From Camelus ferus (taxonomy: Eukaryota), in the NCBI RefSeq assembly GCF_009834535.1, contig NC_045697.1, forward strand, positions 7,628,001-7,692,000: a DNA stretch of 64,000 bases. Direction: 5' to 3'. Position 1 is the first letter of the stretch. The number at the start of each line of letters is the position of its first letter. The notes under the pieces are model-generated. The model was not told the DNA's origin. It did not search any database and was given only the letters and a program-made list of their open reading frames with translations. Positions 13,334-26,934 of the stretch are shown here, in pieces. The position numbers and the translations under genes were made by a program.

Positions 13334-16300
13334 ACTTGTTTGTGCATGTGGTGATAAGGTGCTTCTGGGCAATATTTAGCCACTTCAGCTCAGCTGTCAG
13401 CAAAGTCTGAGGCTGAAGGAGAGCATCTGAGAGTGAACACATCTGGCTTTAGCTTCCTTCATGTACAATGTAATTATCTCCCTTGCTGTTCCTTTTCCAT
13501 GTGCCAGGCACTGGACTGGATATTCTGTTGGTGCCCTCTGTATTCTCTTATTTAACTATCATAACTATAAGAAGCTATTAACTTGACATTTTATAGATGG
13601 GTAAACTGAGGCTTGAAGTGGTTATTTTTTTCCCCTAATCAAATACAAAGCAAGAATTCAGTTCAGCTCTAACTCTAAAGTGTATTTTCTTGTCAACGTT
13701 ACACTTCAGCCTTATTTCAAAAGGAGCACTGCTTTATAGTTAAAGAAAAAGATTACACAAGCATTCATGATGGGTATAAAGATATAAACTCGGGTTCTTT
13801 TTTCATATACATGGATTTGCATTTTCCAAACGTAGCTAGTTATTTATATTTAAGTTCTCCCACTGGAGAAAATCACATTTCGCCTTTTGTGCCAAGCTGC
13901 AGAGTCGGCTCATTTCATTACATTTTTGTCTTCTCAGAAAGACACGACACAACTGGAATTTCATCTGTATCAATAGCCTGCTGCCAACTGTCGGAGATTG
14001 CTGACCGTGGATCAATTTTAATTTACAGCCGATCTTGAAAGGCCATTTAAATAGTGGTAATTAAGAAGCAAAATATGGGACTGGAAATGTACCAAAATGT
14101 GGATAGTTTTAAACTAATGAAGTACTTGAAGCCCTTTCTCTACAAAGCCAAGATGTTCAGTGTGAAGTTTCTCTGCAGTATACATCATTATTTTGGCAGA
14201 GTTAAGGAAAATCACTAAGTTCCCAGTGTCAGACTAGATTATAACCATCTAAAATGCTATCCTGCATTCCTTACCATACAGCATTTCCTTTTCATAATGC
14301 ACATCTCACTGGTACCCCCGTTTCAGTATTTGTATTCTCCATAATTATAATTCCGTAGCGTAGAACCTGACTCCACCATATTACCCACACACACAGAACC
14401 CATTCTGGCTTATTGCTGAAGCTTGGTAATCATTCGCTTAAACTATTGAGTGACAAAATAACTATATGGATAAAGGAAGAGAGCTCCATTTACATATGCA
14501 AAGGTATTCATCGATGCATCCCTGAGTCTTTAAACGAGACAGCAATAAAAGATCATATGTGTGAAAACACGATTTCAGACTCACAAATCACACAGCACTT
14601 CAACTCCAGGTTTTGTAGCTAATATGCTTGTGAGTTCTTATTAATTCTCAACCTTGATGACCTTTTTGCTTCTCATCTGCCTCTGGGTCTACCCTCTCCT
14701 CTTCATTTTCTTGGGGGTCAACCCCTGGCCAGTCTGTGATGAACTTCCAGAGGACAAAGACCATCTAATTTCCCCATCGTGGTGTGACCATACCTCTCTG
14801 TATATCAAAGATTAGACCCCTGGTAAATATTTGTTTTAACTAAATTTCAGCCTTTCTCATGACAGACACTGAAATGTTCTAGGGCAAGGGCCATAGAGTT
14901 CAAATATCAAGGCTTTTATCTTTTTTTTCCCTGCTGTACTTCCCAACAATAGATGAAGGAAGCTGTTTTGAAGTCATTCTTGCAGAATACAATAAAGGGT
15001 AAGGAGAGGCAAGAGCTTCAAGAGATGAATGCAGGTGGCAACAGGGAGCCCTCATGCATGTACACACACCGACCACAGTAACAGGCACATTACTGGAAAT
15101 TAATTAGAATGCTTTGCATTTCTAAAGTATTATCTATCCCATGTGAATATGTCCTTAAACAAGGCCATCGTACCTGGTCATTTCACAGCCAGCAAGCAAT
15201 ACGCAGAAGCTTTGTCATGTTAATGACAAATCATCTTTGCTCTCAGATTCTAAATATTGCAAAGCCTACCTTTTGTCTTGATCTAAAGTCTATTTGTGAG
15301 CACTTTTATTAAGCCTGACCGTGGGTATGACCGTGGGTCTCCAGCTAATTTGGCACGATTTACATACTTTACAGTTGCCTTCCCCAACATCTGTCATCTT
15401 TGTAAATACATTCGCTTGTCAAGCACAGCTCACAGCCTTGGCTCTGGCATGCCAGGCCAGTGATGCTCCAAGGAAGGACCAGAAACGTGTCTGTCTCCTC
15501 GATGCACCTGTCTTCATTCTTCCACACTCTACTGAAATGCCTTCTCCAGAAAATCTTCCCCAGTCCCCATAATGAAATGGGCTTTTTCTTGTTTCTAGTT
15601 TCATAGAGACGTTTATTTGCATATCTCTTGCAGTCCTTACCCAGTTCTGTTACTTGCACACAAAGTTACTCTTATCATTAGCAGTAAAATCTTTAACGGT
15701 GGGAATCATGTTCTTTTATTCTGAACTCCTGATGCTGACGCATTACTTGACATAGATTCACATTCCATAACTATTTTACAGTAATGAATGAAGGTGTGAA
15801 CGATTTACAGGAAAATGCAGTGTTGGATTTATAGTGTTTCCTATAAAACATTTTTATTTTTGACTCCTGACTTTGAAAAATGTCAGTTTGAGCTCATCCT
15901 TGTAAATGGATTCAGTTGCAATCATATTTAATTCTTGTCTATGGTGCTATTTAATTCATTCATTACTATGTCTCCTGTAGCTCTCTTGTTTAATGTATTT
16001 TGTTAGTTCATTGGTTTTATGGCTTTATTTTCACCATGTAAATGGGGGGAGAAAAGCATTGTGGTGTGCATAAAATCTTACTAATTTAAAAACTCTTTCC
16101 CATAACTCAATAAAAAATAAGCAAAAACAAACAAACAAACAAACAAACTAACTCTTTCCTCTTGGACTGCTCACCTCTATAACCTAAAGAGCGAACAAAA
16201 CAGAAAGGGACACCACTTTGTTTTTCCCGAATATGCCTCCCTGGCATTGAGATGTTTTGAATTATTTATGATGTTTACTCAGAAGGAAAAAGACAGAGGA

Positions 16301-19261
16301 CTTCAGTTCTTATAATGAGTAGAACAAAGTGCAAAGATCAAATAAAGTCAAAGAAAAAAAATCCAATAAATAATAAAAGACTCATGTAAATTAGCAGTTG
16401 GTTTTGAAATGCCTTGCACTGTAAAGTCATACATCATGTTTATAGAAGCCTTAGAAATGAATAAAAGTCCTCTCATTGCCTGCGTACAACTTCGTTACTT
16501 TATTTTTCTTTATTATAGGTACATGGACCAGTCAATGCGGATTGTCCAGAACCTCACTTTCTCCAAGTTGGGCTTTGGGGGGTAGTTCTAGAATTTAGGC
16601 CCTACTCACATAAACAGCATGAATAACTATGTTTAGGAAATATGCCCAAGGTCACCTTTACCCGAATTTGAGGTGTGCCTAGAACAAAGTGCAGAAAACA
16701 CAATTATAAACCAGGTCTGGGGCAAACGTTGTGAGAACAGAATCTATTGTATCAAATAGATAGAAAAAAAAGGAAAAAAACCGCAAAAATGCTCACTCTT
16801 TCCTATTGCCAAATATTATGACAGGAAAAATAAATGGCCTTCTAGTGCTAGCTTACTTTGTAGAATGTCCTAACACCTTTGGAAAATGGCCAGCCATTGC
16901 ATAAACACCAAGAAACAAAAAGTGCCTTACTGCTAAGCAGTAGGTAATACTGTCTTACACCTTCCTTTAAAAAGAGACTTCTTTATGTAGAGGTAAAACA
17001 ACAAAACATGCTAGAAGGATTACACAATCTAAAAATCACAAAGATGTGGGTGAAGATTCGGCTTGACAGTTTCCTACCTGTGTAACCTCAAACAGCATCT
17101 CCATGCTTTCAGTCTCCTCTTTTCACATATAATTTAAACTCTTCATTTATAAAACATCAAATCTCTCAAATTATATAATACCATCTGTTCTTCCTACCAT
17201 AACAGAAATAAACATGATAATATACACAAAAGTGTAGATTGCTTTATAAATGTTACTGTGTGAATATTATCACCATCATTAATTTTCCAATCATTAAGCC
17301 TATGACTAATAGTTGCGCCTGTAGAATGAAATTCTATTTCTCTAACACTCCAGTCACAACCGGACTTGAATTCTATTATTTGGTTTCTCAAGACAATTAG
17401 CAAAATAAATTAGGAGAAAACTTAAAACAATAAAGAAGCACTAAAGAAAACCAGCCATCCCAAATACACATGAAGAAAGAATACTTTGCATGATTGTTAC
17501 CACCAATGTGACAAATATACAGAAAGAAATACAAGGTAACCAGAGAAGGAAGGCAAACACAGCAATGTAGAAAAAGGCAGATGAAAAGAGTACATTTCAT
17601 TTCTAGTTAGATTTATCTGGAATGAACATGGTTTGATGTAATCGGCACCCTCTAGATGAACGGTAGCAGTATCTCCCCAGAAGATAAATGTTTAATCACC
17701 ACCAGGACGAAAGTGCAGACAGGATTTAGCTGATTCATAACCTTGAATGTTTCTTTTTGAATTTACTGATGAAAAATATTGAAAGAAATATTTAATGGTG
17801 TGGTGCACATTGAGATGAATGCATGCAAGTTGCCCTGAAGCCACCCCTTTGAACCTAACAGCAGTTCCAAACTTTAATCCACTGGGAGCTTCTAAGGTAT
17901 TTCTGGAGGAATTTCATACCTTGAAAGATAATATGATTCTAGGCTGAAAACAAAATTAGTCTGCTTGCACAAACAGAAAGATGATTGGAGTTGGAGCTTC
18001 TCCCCCTGCTGGGGCATGCACAATGATTTTAATGCCTGAATATTATGGTTCCAAGGGATGAAGTCAAGAAAAATTTTGGATGTATGTGGTCTCTGCACAT
18101 TCTCGGTGTTCTGTTTTGTGGTCTCAGTGTTCTGTATGTATCACAGCATCCTCTGCCTCCACACCGAGGTAGAAGTCACTCTTCTCACAGAAAGCCTCAT
18201 CTTAATGTTAGTAACAGTGACAATCACAGGTGCATAGGTGAAAATCAACTAGATGGTTCACAAGTTAAGAGGAATCAAAGAATAGCCAGAAAGTCTCCCT
18301 TTCGTACTACCTCTGTCATTTACCTGTATAGAAATCCAGATTTCTTTTCTCTTAAGGCATTGCCTGTTCCGTTAAAACTCATCTACTATAAAGAGAACTA
18401 AACTCTTTCAGACTGAATGCATGTGTGTGTGTGTGTGTGTATACATAGTGTCTTTTCCAATTAAGCATCTCGCCTGAGGAACACAGAATGAGGTACCGGA
18501 TATAGAGAATGGCCATGGGTGGCTGGCTATAGATATTACAAGGGAATATATTCAGTAGATGTTACAACTTGAATCTGATTATCCAGCATCCATCGCAGCT
18601 CAATCACTTATTAGCCTGTGACTCTGAGAACATTAAATAAATTCTATGAATCTCAGAAATGGGCATGCTAATTCCTCTGCTGCTCAGTGGACAATTATTA
18701 GGAGAAAAAGACATTGCATGAAGAAGCAATATGTTGGTTGTTAAAGCCCGCCCGAATGCCGGTCATGGCTTCTGTGATTGCTGCGGAACTGATCAAGGAG
18801 CAGGGGGGAGCTGGAGAGTGTGACTTTCTTTGGTGAGTGCTGCTATGGGCCATCGGTCCTGTTGTCCTGCTCATCTGTGGGAGCCTTGAGAGTGGGGACC
18901 TCATCCCATTCCTCTCACTTCTCCCACTGCTGTTGATAGAGGTCTCATCGCAGAGGGTGTTCTATGTAAGAAGCCATTTATAACATTTCCTTGTAAAAAT
19001 AACAGGAACCTTCTAATGGGCATGCTTATTTTCTCAAAGGAGGGGCATGGGTTAATCTGGAAAATTCTTTCTAGCTTGAAAAGCTATACAATGAGAACAC
19101 TGTGGCACTGTAAGATTATTCTACACTTAGAGCCAGATTTTGTCCTGATGTCAAAGCACTCAAGGTAGTATAAAAAAAATCAATTTACCCTCTCAAACCA
19201 TGAGAATTTGACTTGGATACATGTGAGTTTAAAATGAATATATTTAACTCCATTTAGTTTT

Positions 19262-21458
19262 TAACAACTTTATTGGGGTATAACAGATACACAGAAAACT
19301 ACATATATTTAATGTGTACAATTTTCTGAATTTGGACATATACAAACATCTACAATACCATCACACAATTAAGGTTATATATATAAAACCTCCCAAAGTT
19401 TCTTTGTGTCCTTTTGTTTTTGTTTTTATTTTGTGTGGTAAGAATGCTTAACATGAGATCTAACCTGTAAACAAATTTTGAAGTGCAAAGTACTGTATTG
19501 TTAACTTCAGGCAATATATTGTCAGAAAGTTGTTAGAACTTATCCATCTAGCAAAGCCAAAACTTTGTATCCATTAAGCAACTCCCCATTTTCCCCACCT
19601 ACCAACCCCAAACTATTGTTTTCACTGCTTCTATGGGTTTGTCTATTTTAGATTCCTCATATAAGTGGAATCATGTAGTATTCGTCCATCTGTAACCAGC
19701 TTATTTCAGTTAGCACGATATCCTCAAGGTTCATCCATGTTATCACACACTGCAGGATTTCCGTATTTCTCTTGGCTGAACAATATTCCATTATATGTAT
19801 GTATCGCATTATCTTTATCCATTCATCCATCAATGGACACTTGAGTTGTTTCCGTGTTATCTATTGTAAATAATGCTACAATAAACGTGGGAGAGCAGAT
19901 AATTGCCTCATTATCCTGATTTCAACTTTTGTATATATATACTCAGAAATGGTATTGCTGATCACATGGCTGTTCTTTTTTACATTTTTGAGGTACCTCC
20001 ATACTGTTTCCCACAGTCTTTGCACCAAATTACATTCCCATTAACAGAATAAGGGCTTCAATTACACCAGCCCTAGCGTAGGGCTAAAGTGATTTTGAGA
20101 AAGCAGTGTAAAGCTAGAGGTATAATACTTTCCAATTTCAAAACGTATTACAAAGCCACAGTTACTAAAACAATAAAGTACTGGAATAAAGACAAACCCA
20201 TAGACCAACAGAACATAACAGACAGCCCAGAATTAAACCCACACGTATAGCATATACAATAAACCAACCTTCGACAAAAGTGCCAGGAGTGTACAATGTA
20301 CAAAAATGACATATGCAGTTCTCCACACCTGTTATCTTTGATTTTTTAAATAATAGTAATCCTAACAGATTTGAGGAGGTATCTCACCATAGTTTTGATC
20401 TTAATTTCCCTGATAATTAACGATGTCGAGCATTGTTTTATACACCTGCTATCTATTAGTATATCTTATTTGGAAAAAAAGTTGTTCAAGTCCTTTACCC
20501 ATTTTTAGTTGTTATTTGTTGTTGTGTTGTGTTTTGTTTTATTGCCATTAAGTTGTAGGCATTCTTTTACATTTTGGAAATCAGCCCTTTTTCAGATATA
20601 TAGTTTGCAAATGTTTTCTCCCAGTCTTTAGATTGCTTTTTCTTCTGCAGGTTGCTTCCTTTGCTGTGCAGAAGCTTTTTAGTTGGATATAATCCCACTT
20701 GTCTAACTTTGCTTTTGTTGATTGTGCTTTTGGTGTCATATCCAAGAAATTGTTGCCAAGACTGATGTTAAGAAGGTTTTCCTCTAATGACTTTTTTTTT
20801 TAAAGAATTTTACAGCTTCAGGTCTAATGTGTAAGTGTTTAGTCCATTTAGAGTTTATTTTTGTGTATGGTAAGATAGGGCCCCAATTTCATTCTTTTGC
20901 ATGTGAATATCCAGTTTTCCCAACACTTCTTGTTGAAAACATTATCTTCTCCTCATTGTAAATTATTGGCATCCTTGTCGAAGGTCAGTTTTCTAGGTAT
21001 GCCCTATGCATGGGTTTAATTCTGGACTCTGTTCTGTTCCATTGGTCTATAGGTTTGTCTTTATTCCAGTACTATATTGTTTTAGTTTCCTGTAGCTTTG
21101 TAATATGTTTTGAAATTGGAAAGTATTATACCTCTAGCTTTACACTGCTTTCTCAAAATCACTTTGGCTATTCTGAGTCTTTTGTGTTTTCGTATGAATT
21201 TTAGAATTAGTTTTTGGTGTTTCTGTAAAAAAAAGTGATGTTTTCATGAGGACAGCATTGATTCTTTGGGTAGTATGGCCATTTTAACAGTATTAAGTCT
21301 TCTAACAAGTGCACACATGATATCTTTCCATTTTATTCATGTATTCTTTTTTCATCAGTGTTTTATAGTTTCTGGTGTACAACAATTTTGCCTGCCTGAC
21401 GACATTTATTCCTAAGCATTTTAGTCTTTAGTATGCTGTTGTAAATGGAATTTTCTTA
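19262..21458 (-). mobile_element. 5'-truncated L1 (L1MA/L1MB-like), 3' UTR and ORF2 end
   Basis: Antisense L1 motifs (ttcctttgctgtgcagaagctttttagtt, ttcattcttttgcatgtgaatatccagttttcccaaca); degenerate TSD aactccatttagtttt 19246-19261 / aactcaatttaggttt 21459-21474. Confidence 0.92.
20086..20285 (+). repeat. Sense-oriented L1 ORF2 segment; inverted copy of 20968-21165
   Basis: 20086-20144 is the exact reverse complement of 21107-21165. Confidence 0.92.
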
Positions 21459-22529
21459 AACTCAATTTAGGTTTAACCCTCAGAGATGAGAAGTGAAATC
21501 AACACAACACTAAACAAGAGATTAAAAATCAAAATCCAATCTAACTTGATAGCATGTAAGAATCAAAGGATAAACCTGGGCAGGTAATCAAAGTAGATCA
21601 GTAGACATGTTTTGGGCTCAACTAGGGTAATAAACATAATAGCTGCTTATTGAGCATAAGCTCTGTGGCAGGCACTATATCTAAATTGTCTTTATAAACA
21701 AAATCTCATAATAAAACGATGAATTAGACATTCCTCTTCCCAAATTGCAGGTTTTGAAGGTAACACTCAGACGCCTAATGAATTTCCCAAGTTTATACAG
21801 ATTAAAATTCAGGATTTAAACTCCCGTCTGACCTACACCCAATACTTTAGTTTTACATTGTGGTAGGACTATTGGACCAAATTCATTTTGGTTTCCATCC
21901 ATTTTCCAATCTACACTTATGTACTTTCTGCAAAGAGGGAGTACATTTTGATGACTTATAACACAGAACCCAGAATTATCTGTCATAACTACCACTTAAT
22001 ATCTGCTATGATCTAATACATATATACACATGCACACACACAGGAAAGCATTATAGACTCAAATGCACAATTTTTTAACAAGATTGAAATGAAAAAAATC
22101 ATCTGAACTTCCGATTCACATATTTCAAAAAAGAGAAAATTGAAGTTTTGAAATTGAAGACATACATATTGCACTACTATTAAACATTACATCTACAGAA
22201 TTTCTATTCCATAGGACTTCATTTCCCATCGTATTTCTATGTATCTGTCTCTCAGAGTTTAAACCTTATCTCAACACATATTTTAACAGAAAAGTAATTA
22301 TGACTTTATTGGAAAAGAGAAAGATAACATTATTCAATTTATATAATTTATAGAAGTTTTCTGATTTGAACTCCAAAAGTGTGGTTTAAAAAATAAAATA
22401 AAGAATGCAGACATTGAGGGTAAAAGGACTTAAGACTGAGTTCAGACTTTGCCAGGAATTTATGATCCAAATTGGAGAATATTAAATCTAGGCTTCCTCA
22501 ACTTATTAATAATAACATCTCTACAAGCC

Positions 22530-22855
22530 ATTATTACTTTTAGTAATGTGGTGAAACCATTATCACTATCTATTTCCAGAAAGCTCTCATCACCCAAACA
22601 GAAAATCCATACCCATTAAACAATGTCACCATTTCTTTTCCCCCAACCCATGATAACCTGAAATATACTTTCCATCTCCATGAATTCGCTCATTCTAGAT
22701 ATTTCTTATAAGTGCAATCATACAATATCCATCTTTTATGTCTGGTCTACTTCAGTTAATATAACATTTTCATGTTTTGTCCACATTGTAGCATGTACCA
22801 GAACATCATTCCTTTTTCTTAGTTGAATAATAGTCCATGGTATGACTATATATAC
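22530..22855 (-). mobile_element. L1MB-like 3' UTR fragment
   Basis: tctcatcacccaaacagaaaatccatacccattaaacaat...gtccacattgtagcatgtaccagaacatcattcctttt. Confidence 0.85.
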
Positions 22856-25659
22856 AGAGCCACACTTAACCACCGGTTTAAGGTGTACTGCATCATGGTA
22901 GTAGAGGTAATGGTAATTATTATCTTGCAAGAAGCTTAAAAAATTAAATGTGATAATATAAGTAAAAATATTTTGTAAAGCACTATGTTGTAAATGTTAC
23001 TGTTTCTGAAGCCTTGTTTCTTAGCAAAAACTCATTTCTTTCATCATAAAATACAAAGACCACATCGGCCACTAATGAGAGATACGACCTTGAATCACAC
23101 CACTTTAGGTAACCATTTCTTCATCTTTAATAGTAGGGTACAGAATGATATTTAAGGGGGGGAACTTTTGCTCTTGTTTTCAAGAAATATTCTAATTTAT
23201 GTCCTGATTCTGCTGTTAAAGAAATATTTCACTTGGACCATTTAATTAATCTCCCTGAGCCTCAGTTCCTGGCTCTGTAGGGAAGGGATCTCAAACACCA
23301 TTAGCTCTAACCTTGTGTAGGTCCATTTAAGGAATGACTGAGATGAATTATAAGACATATTAATGACTAGAGTCAGACTTTTAGGATCATAAACTTAATT
23401 ATTCTGGAAAAGTGTTCCATGATATAGGATTTTCTGGAGAACACTGGAGCAATTGTCAGTAATGTTTTAAGAAAGGAGTGATTGGATCATTCCCAAGTAG
23501 CAACTGATGAGACTTCAGTGCCATTATCTTCAGCTAATGGCAGTTTCCTTAATCAAAGCACTTCACGTACGCTAATTAATTAATCTTCAAACTCCTCCTC
23601 TAGAGTAAAACATGAATAAGGAAATCAATTTACCAATAGATACTAATTAAAGGTATGATATGACTTACTCAAGGCAAGTTTGACTGTGGAGCCAGGGCCC
23701 CCAGCCAGGCCTGAGTCATTGAAGTCCTGTGTAAAGTATGAGGGGTTCTAAGAGGGGTTTCAGTCAACTCATTGAGAGTCTTGAGGCCTGCATCCCTCAG
23801 TTCTGAGTGTTTCCCCTAAAGTTATATCTCCTGCAAAAATCAGTCTCTCCTTCCCTTCTTCTCTCTAACTGAGCCATTGGCTTCTGCTGGCTCTGCTATT
23901 AGTTGGTGTGTATTCTCAGATGAATTAAGTCACAGGTAGGGTCCTGCCCCTGAGAAGCCTGCAGTCCAAAGAGACAGATAAATATGTAAAAAGACAATTA
24001 TAAATATAGTGTCATCCCTGCTTAATGGAGGTAGCTATGAAGAGAGTTACAAGCCTGGAAAGAAAATCTGCCTTTCAAACTAAGCCCCGATCAGCGATCA
24101 CTGCTGAGAAACAGTCACATGTGGCAAACGCAGATTTAAGGAACCGCATGCCTGTACCAAATGGATCTTATCTCAAGACTAAGTGTGCTCAGTTATCTTG
24201 CCTGATCTGCTCCCTATGAATATCCAACTTTTAGCTGATCATGGAACTTGCTGGAAATTTTCATAAAAGCAAAAGAATACATTATAACATGGCTCAGTAA
24301 AGGCATTTCAACCTGGATGTGGCTGTTTGGGGAGCCAAATGCCAAGATCTGTGATGATCAGCATGAGCATCATCCCACATTCTTTGCTAACGACCCATAA
24401 TGTTCTTGGCATTATATGCACTATGCTGGTCATTTCTGATAATTTTTTCAGATGTTTCAAGGGAAACTATCTAAAAAACTTCAAGGGGAAAGGACTTGCT
24501 ACTGAGCTTAGGTTTGGACTTCATGGGTTTTGTTTCTTTTTTTGTATTGTGTCCGATATACACTGACTGCTGCGTGCATTTCGCCTGGTTCCTGAGGATC
24601 AGTAAGTTAACTCCGTTTAGCATCCTAGCCAAACCATCAAAGAATTTAGGTTATAAGGAACATCCCAGCTCAAGGTCACCATGTGCCATTATACTCACTT
24701 TTAATGACACTTTGATTTGGTAGAATGAGGGATGGTTCTGAGAAGATCCATTTATTGCCACATGCACCTTTCTGAGTGATTGGAATGCATGTTTTAAATG
24801 CTCAAAAGAGGACTTGGAGCTTGAGTTAGGGTCTATAGGAATACTGACTTGATCTTCCAGAATAGGGCATATGCAAACCAAACAAAAATGCGGAAAAACA
24901 GGAGAAAAACAGAATGTATTTACATCTAAAGGGCCGATTCCAGATCAAATGATAGACAAGCAGAAAATAACAGAATTCCAATGAACACAGGAATGAGGCC
25001 TTCGATGAGGGGACCGTTTGATCAAAGCTTGGTGGCTTTAAAGTGCACACCTGACCAGGTAAATCGAGTGTGAAAGAAAGTTTTTAAGAAGTTCATTGAG
25101 CTTTCTGGGGAAAGGAGAAGTGGTGAGGAGGAAATCTGGACCTCTGCAAACTGAAGTTGGTACGGAGCTGTGTGCCTGTGGAGAATCTGGGAAAACAAGA
25201 GTGGACAGGAGCTGGCCTAGGGGCTCCGCCTCCAGAAGGGTCCAGGGAAGAGATAGGCGGCCCAGCAATTCAACAAATGTTGTCTCAGATAATCCTCACA
25301 ACACTACAAGTAGCAGCATATGGTGGGCATACATTCTCCTTTTCATCAAGGGGAAAAAAAAAAATAAGATTCAGGAGAGTCAAAAGGACTGTAGCCAAGC
25401 CAATCAGTCAGGATTCAAATTTGATTGTCTTTTGTTACTCCAGGGCACCCTTCACCCCAACGGTAAGTCTTCCTTTTCAAGCATCATTCTCTGTCCTTTG
25501 ATCAGAATTATACCTTTCTTGTAGTATCTGTTATAACCAGCTCAACTCATCCTGGGTAGTAGCTAGTTGTCTCCAAAACTCATGCGATAAATACAACAGA
25601 ACCTCTAGTAATAACAAGAATAACATAATAAACTGGTAAAGATGATAATGTTGATGTGG

Positions 25660-25890
25660 CTGAAAGGTATTGTATACATGCTCTGGGTACTAAGCATTTT
25701 ACATGTACAGATATTATTTAATTTAATCACAATAAGAAAGGATATAGATTTTATAATTATCTCCATTTTATAGAATGGAAGCTGAGACCATGGGGCATAA
25801 GGTACTTTCACATAGCTGGTAAGTGGTAGACAAGCAATTCTGAATCCAGATCTTCTGACTCCAGAGACTGCTGTCTTTACCCCTCCGAAT
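25660..25890 (-). mobile_element. MIR SINE
   Basis: tctccattttatagaatggaagctgaga...catagctggtaagtggtaga...tctgactccagag. Confidence 0.8.
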
Positions 25891-26806
25891 AGTATGTCCT
25901 TCCATGGAAAGCGAGTACCAGGCTGTAATTATTTTTATTTCTACAACATTATGCATGACAGTTTGTAACTCTCTACTGCCCTGTATTTGTTTAATGAGAT
26001 ATTTGCTTAAAAAAGTTTGTTTAAGTGAATCATAACTTGATACTTCAGGAGCATTGCATCAATTATTAAGGAGAATGTCACCGTAAGTTGAGAAACAGAG
26101 GTTCAGTATAAAGCAGAAATGCACCGTCTGCCTGTGCCTGGGTGTGCAATGTGTGAGGCAGCGGTGAGAATGAGAAAGAACACATCCGAGTCCCTTCTAT
26201 GACTCAGGCAAATTGTTCTGGGGGCAAGTTTGGGCAGAGTAAAGTGGACAAAGAGGAGTTGCAACTTTGAAGTTCACAGGTGGGTTTGAATCTTGACTAG
26301 CGATTTGGCTTCGTTCTGTTTTATTCTTATTGTGATTAAATTAGACAAAACAGCTTCCATGAGTCTCAGTGTTTTCATTTCTTCAATGAGTATAACAATT
26401 GGCATCTGGGAATTATGAAGAAATTAAATCAGATAACATATACACCAGCCTTCTGAATGCTCCTGTATCTCTGTCCTGCGTCATGTCACCACCAGATTTA
26501 CATGAGGTTTTTTGTCTCCTTTTTACTGATTAATTCTCATAGAATCTTGAAAGGCAATTATGATCACCTCTGTTTTAGTGAAGAAAAAGAGAGTCGTCAT
26601 AGTTAAGTGTGTATATCTAGGGTCAAGGGCAGAAAGGGGACCAGATTTGGTTGATTGAAAACACCAACATTTCCCCATAGTACGTGTAATCTATTTCCTC
26701 ATCAGAAATCTCCAGGACTATTTTAAGAACTTTTTACATAGTTCAAGGTCTACTGTTACCTTATCTTTGGTTTGCATTCCACTTTGCTACATGTCAACCC
26801 TGTGTT

Positions 26807-26928
26807 TAATTTATTCAATAGATATAGATCAGAATAATTCATTCAACAGATAATAATAATTCATTCAATAGATAATAATAATTCATTCACTAGATATAGA
26901 ATAGAATGTGTAATTCATTCAATAGATA
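26807..26928. repeat. Irregular minisatellite, 5 copies of TAATTCATTCAATAGATA
   Basis: Copies at 26807, 26835, 26857, 26879, 26911, each with 0-1 mismatch. Confidence 0.9.
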
Positions 26929-26934
26929 GTTTCA

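Noticed and set aside
15316..15339. 12-bp tandem duplication tgaccgtgggta/tgaccgtgggtc
   Set aside because: Ordinary local slippage duplication with no further structure
16320..16693. Exact 14-bp direct repeat tagaacaaagtgca 360 bp apart as a TSD
   Set aside because: No polyA tail or recognisable element between them; compatible with chance in AT-rich DNA
25444..25462. 19-nt exon-like signal (ccag/...caacg/gtaagt)
   Set aside because: Lies in an antisense MIR-like remnant and is not frame-preserving; likely cryptic
26807..26928. CRISPR array
   Set aside because: Spacers are only 4-14 nt and mutually related, there are no cas genes, and the context is eukaryotic
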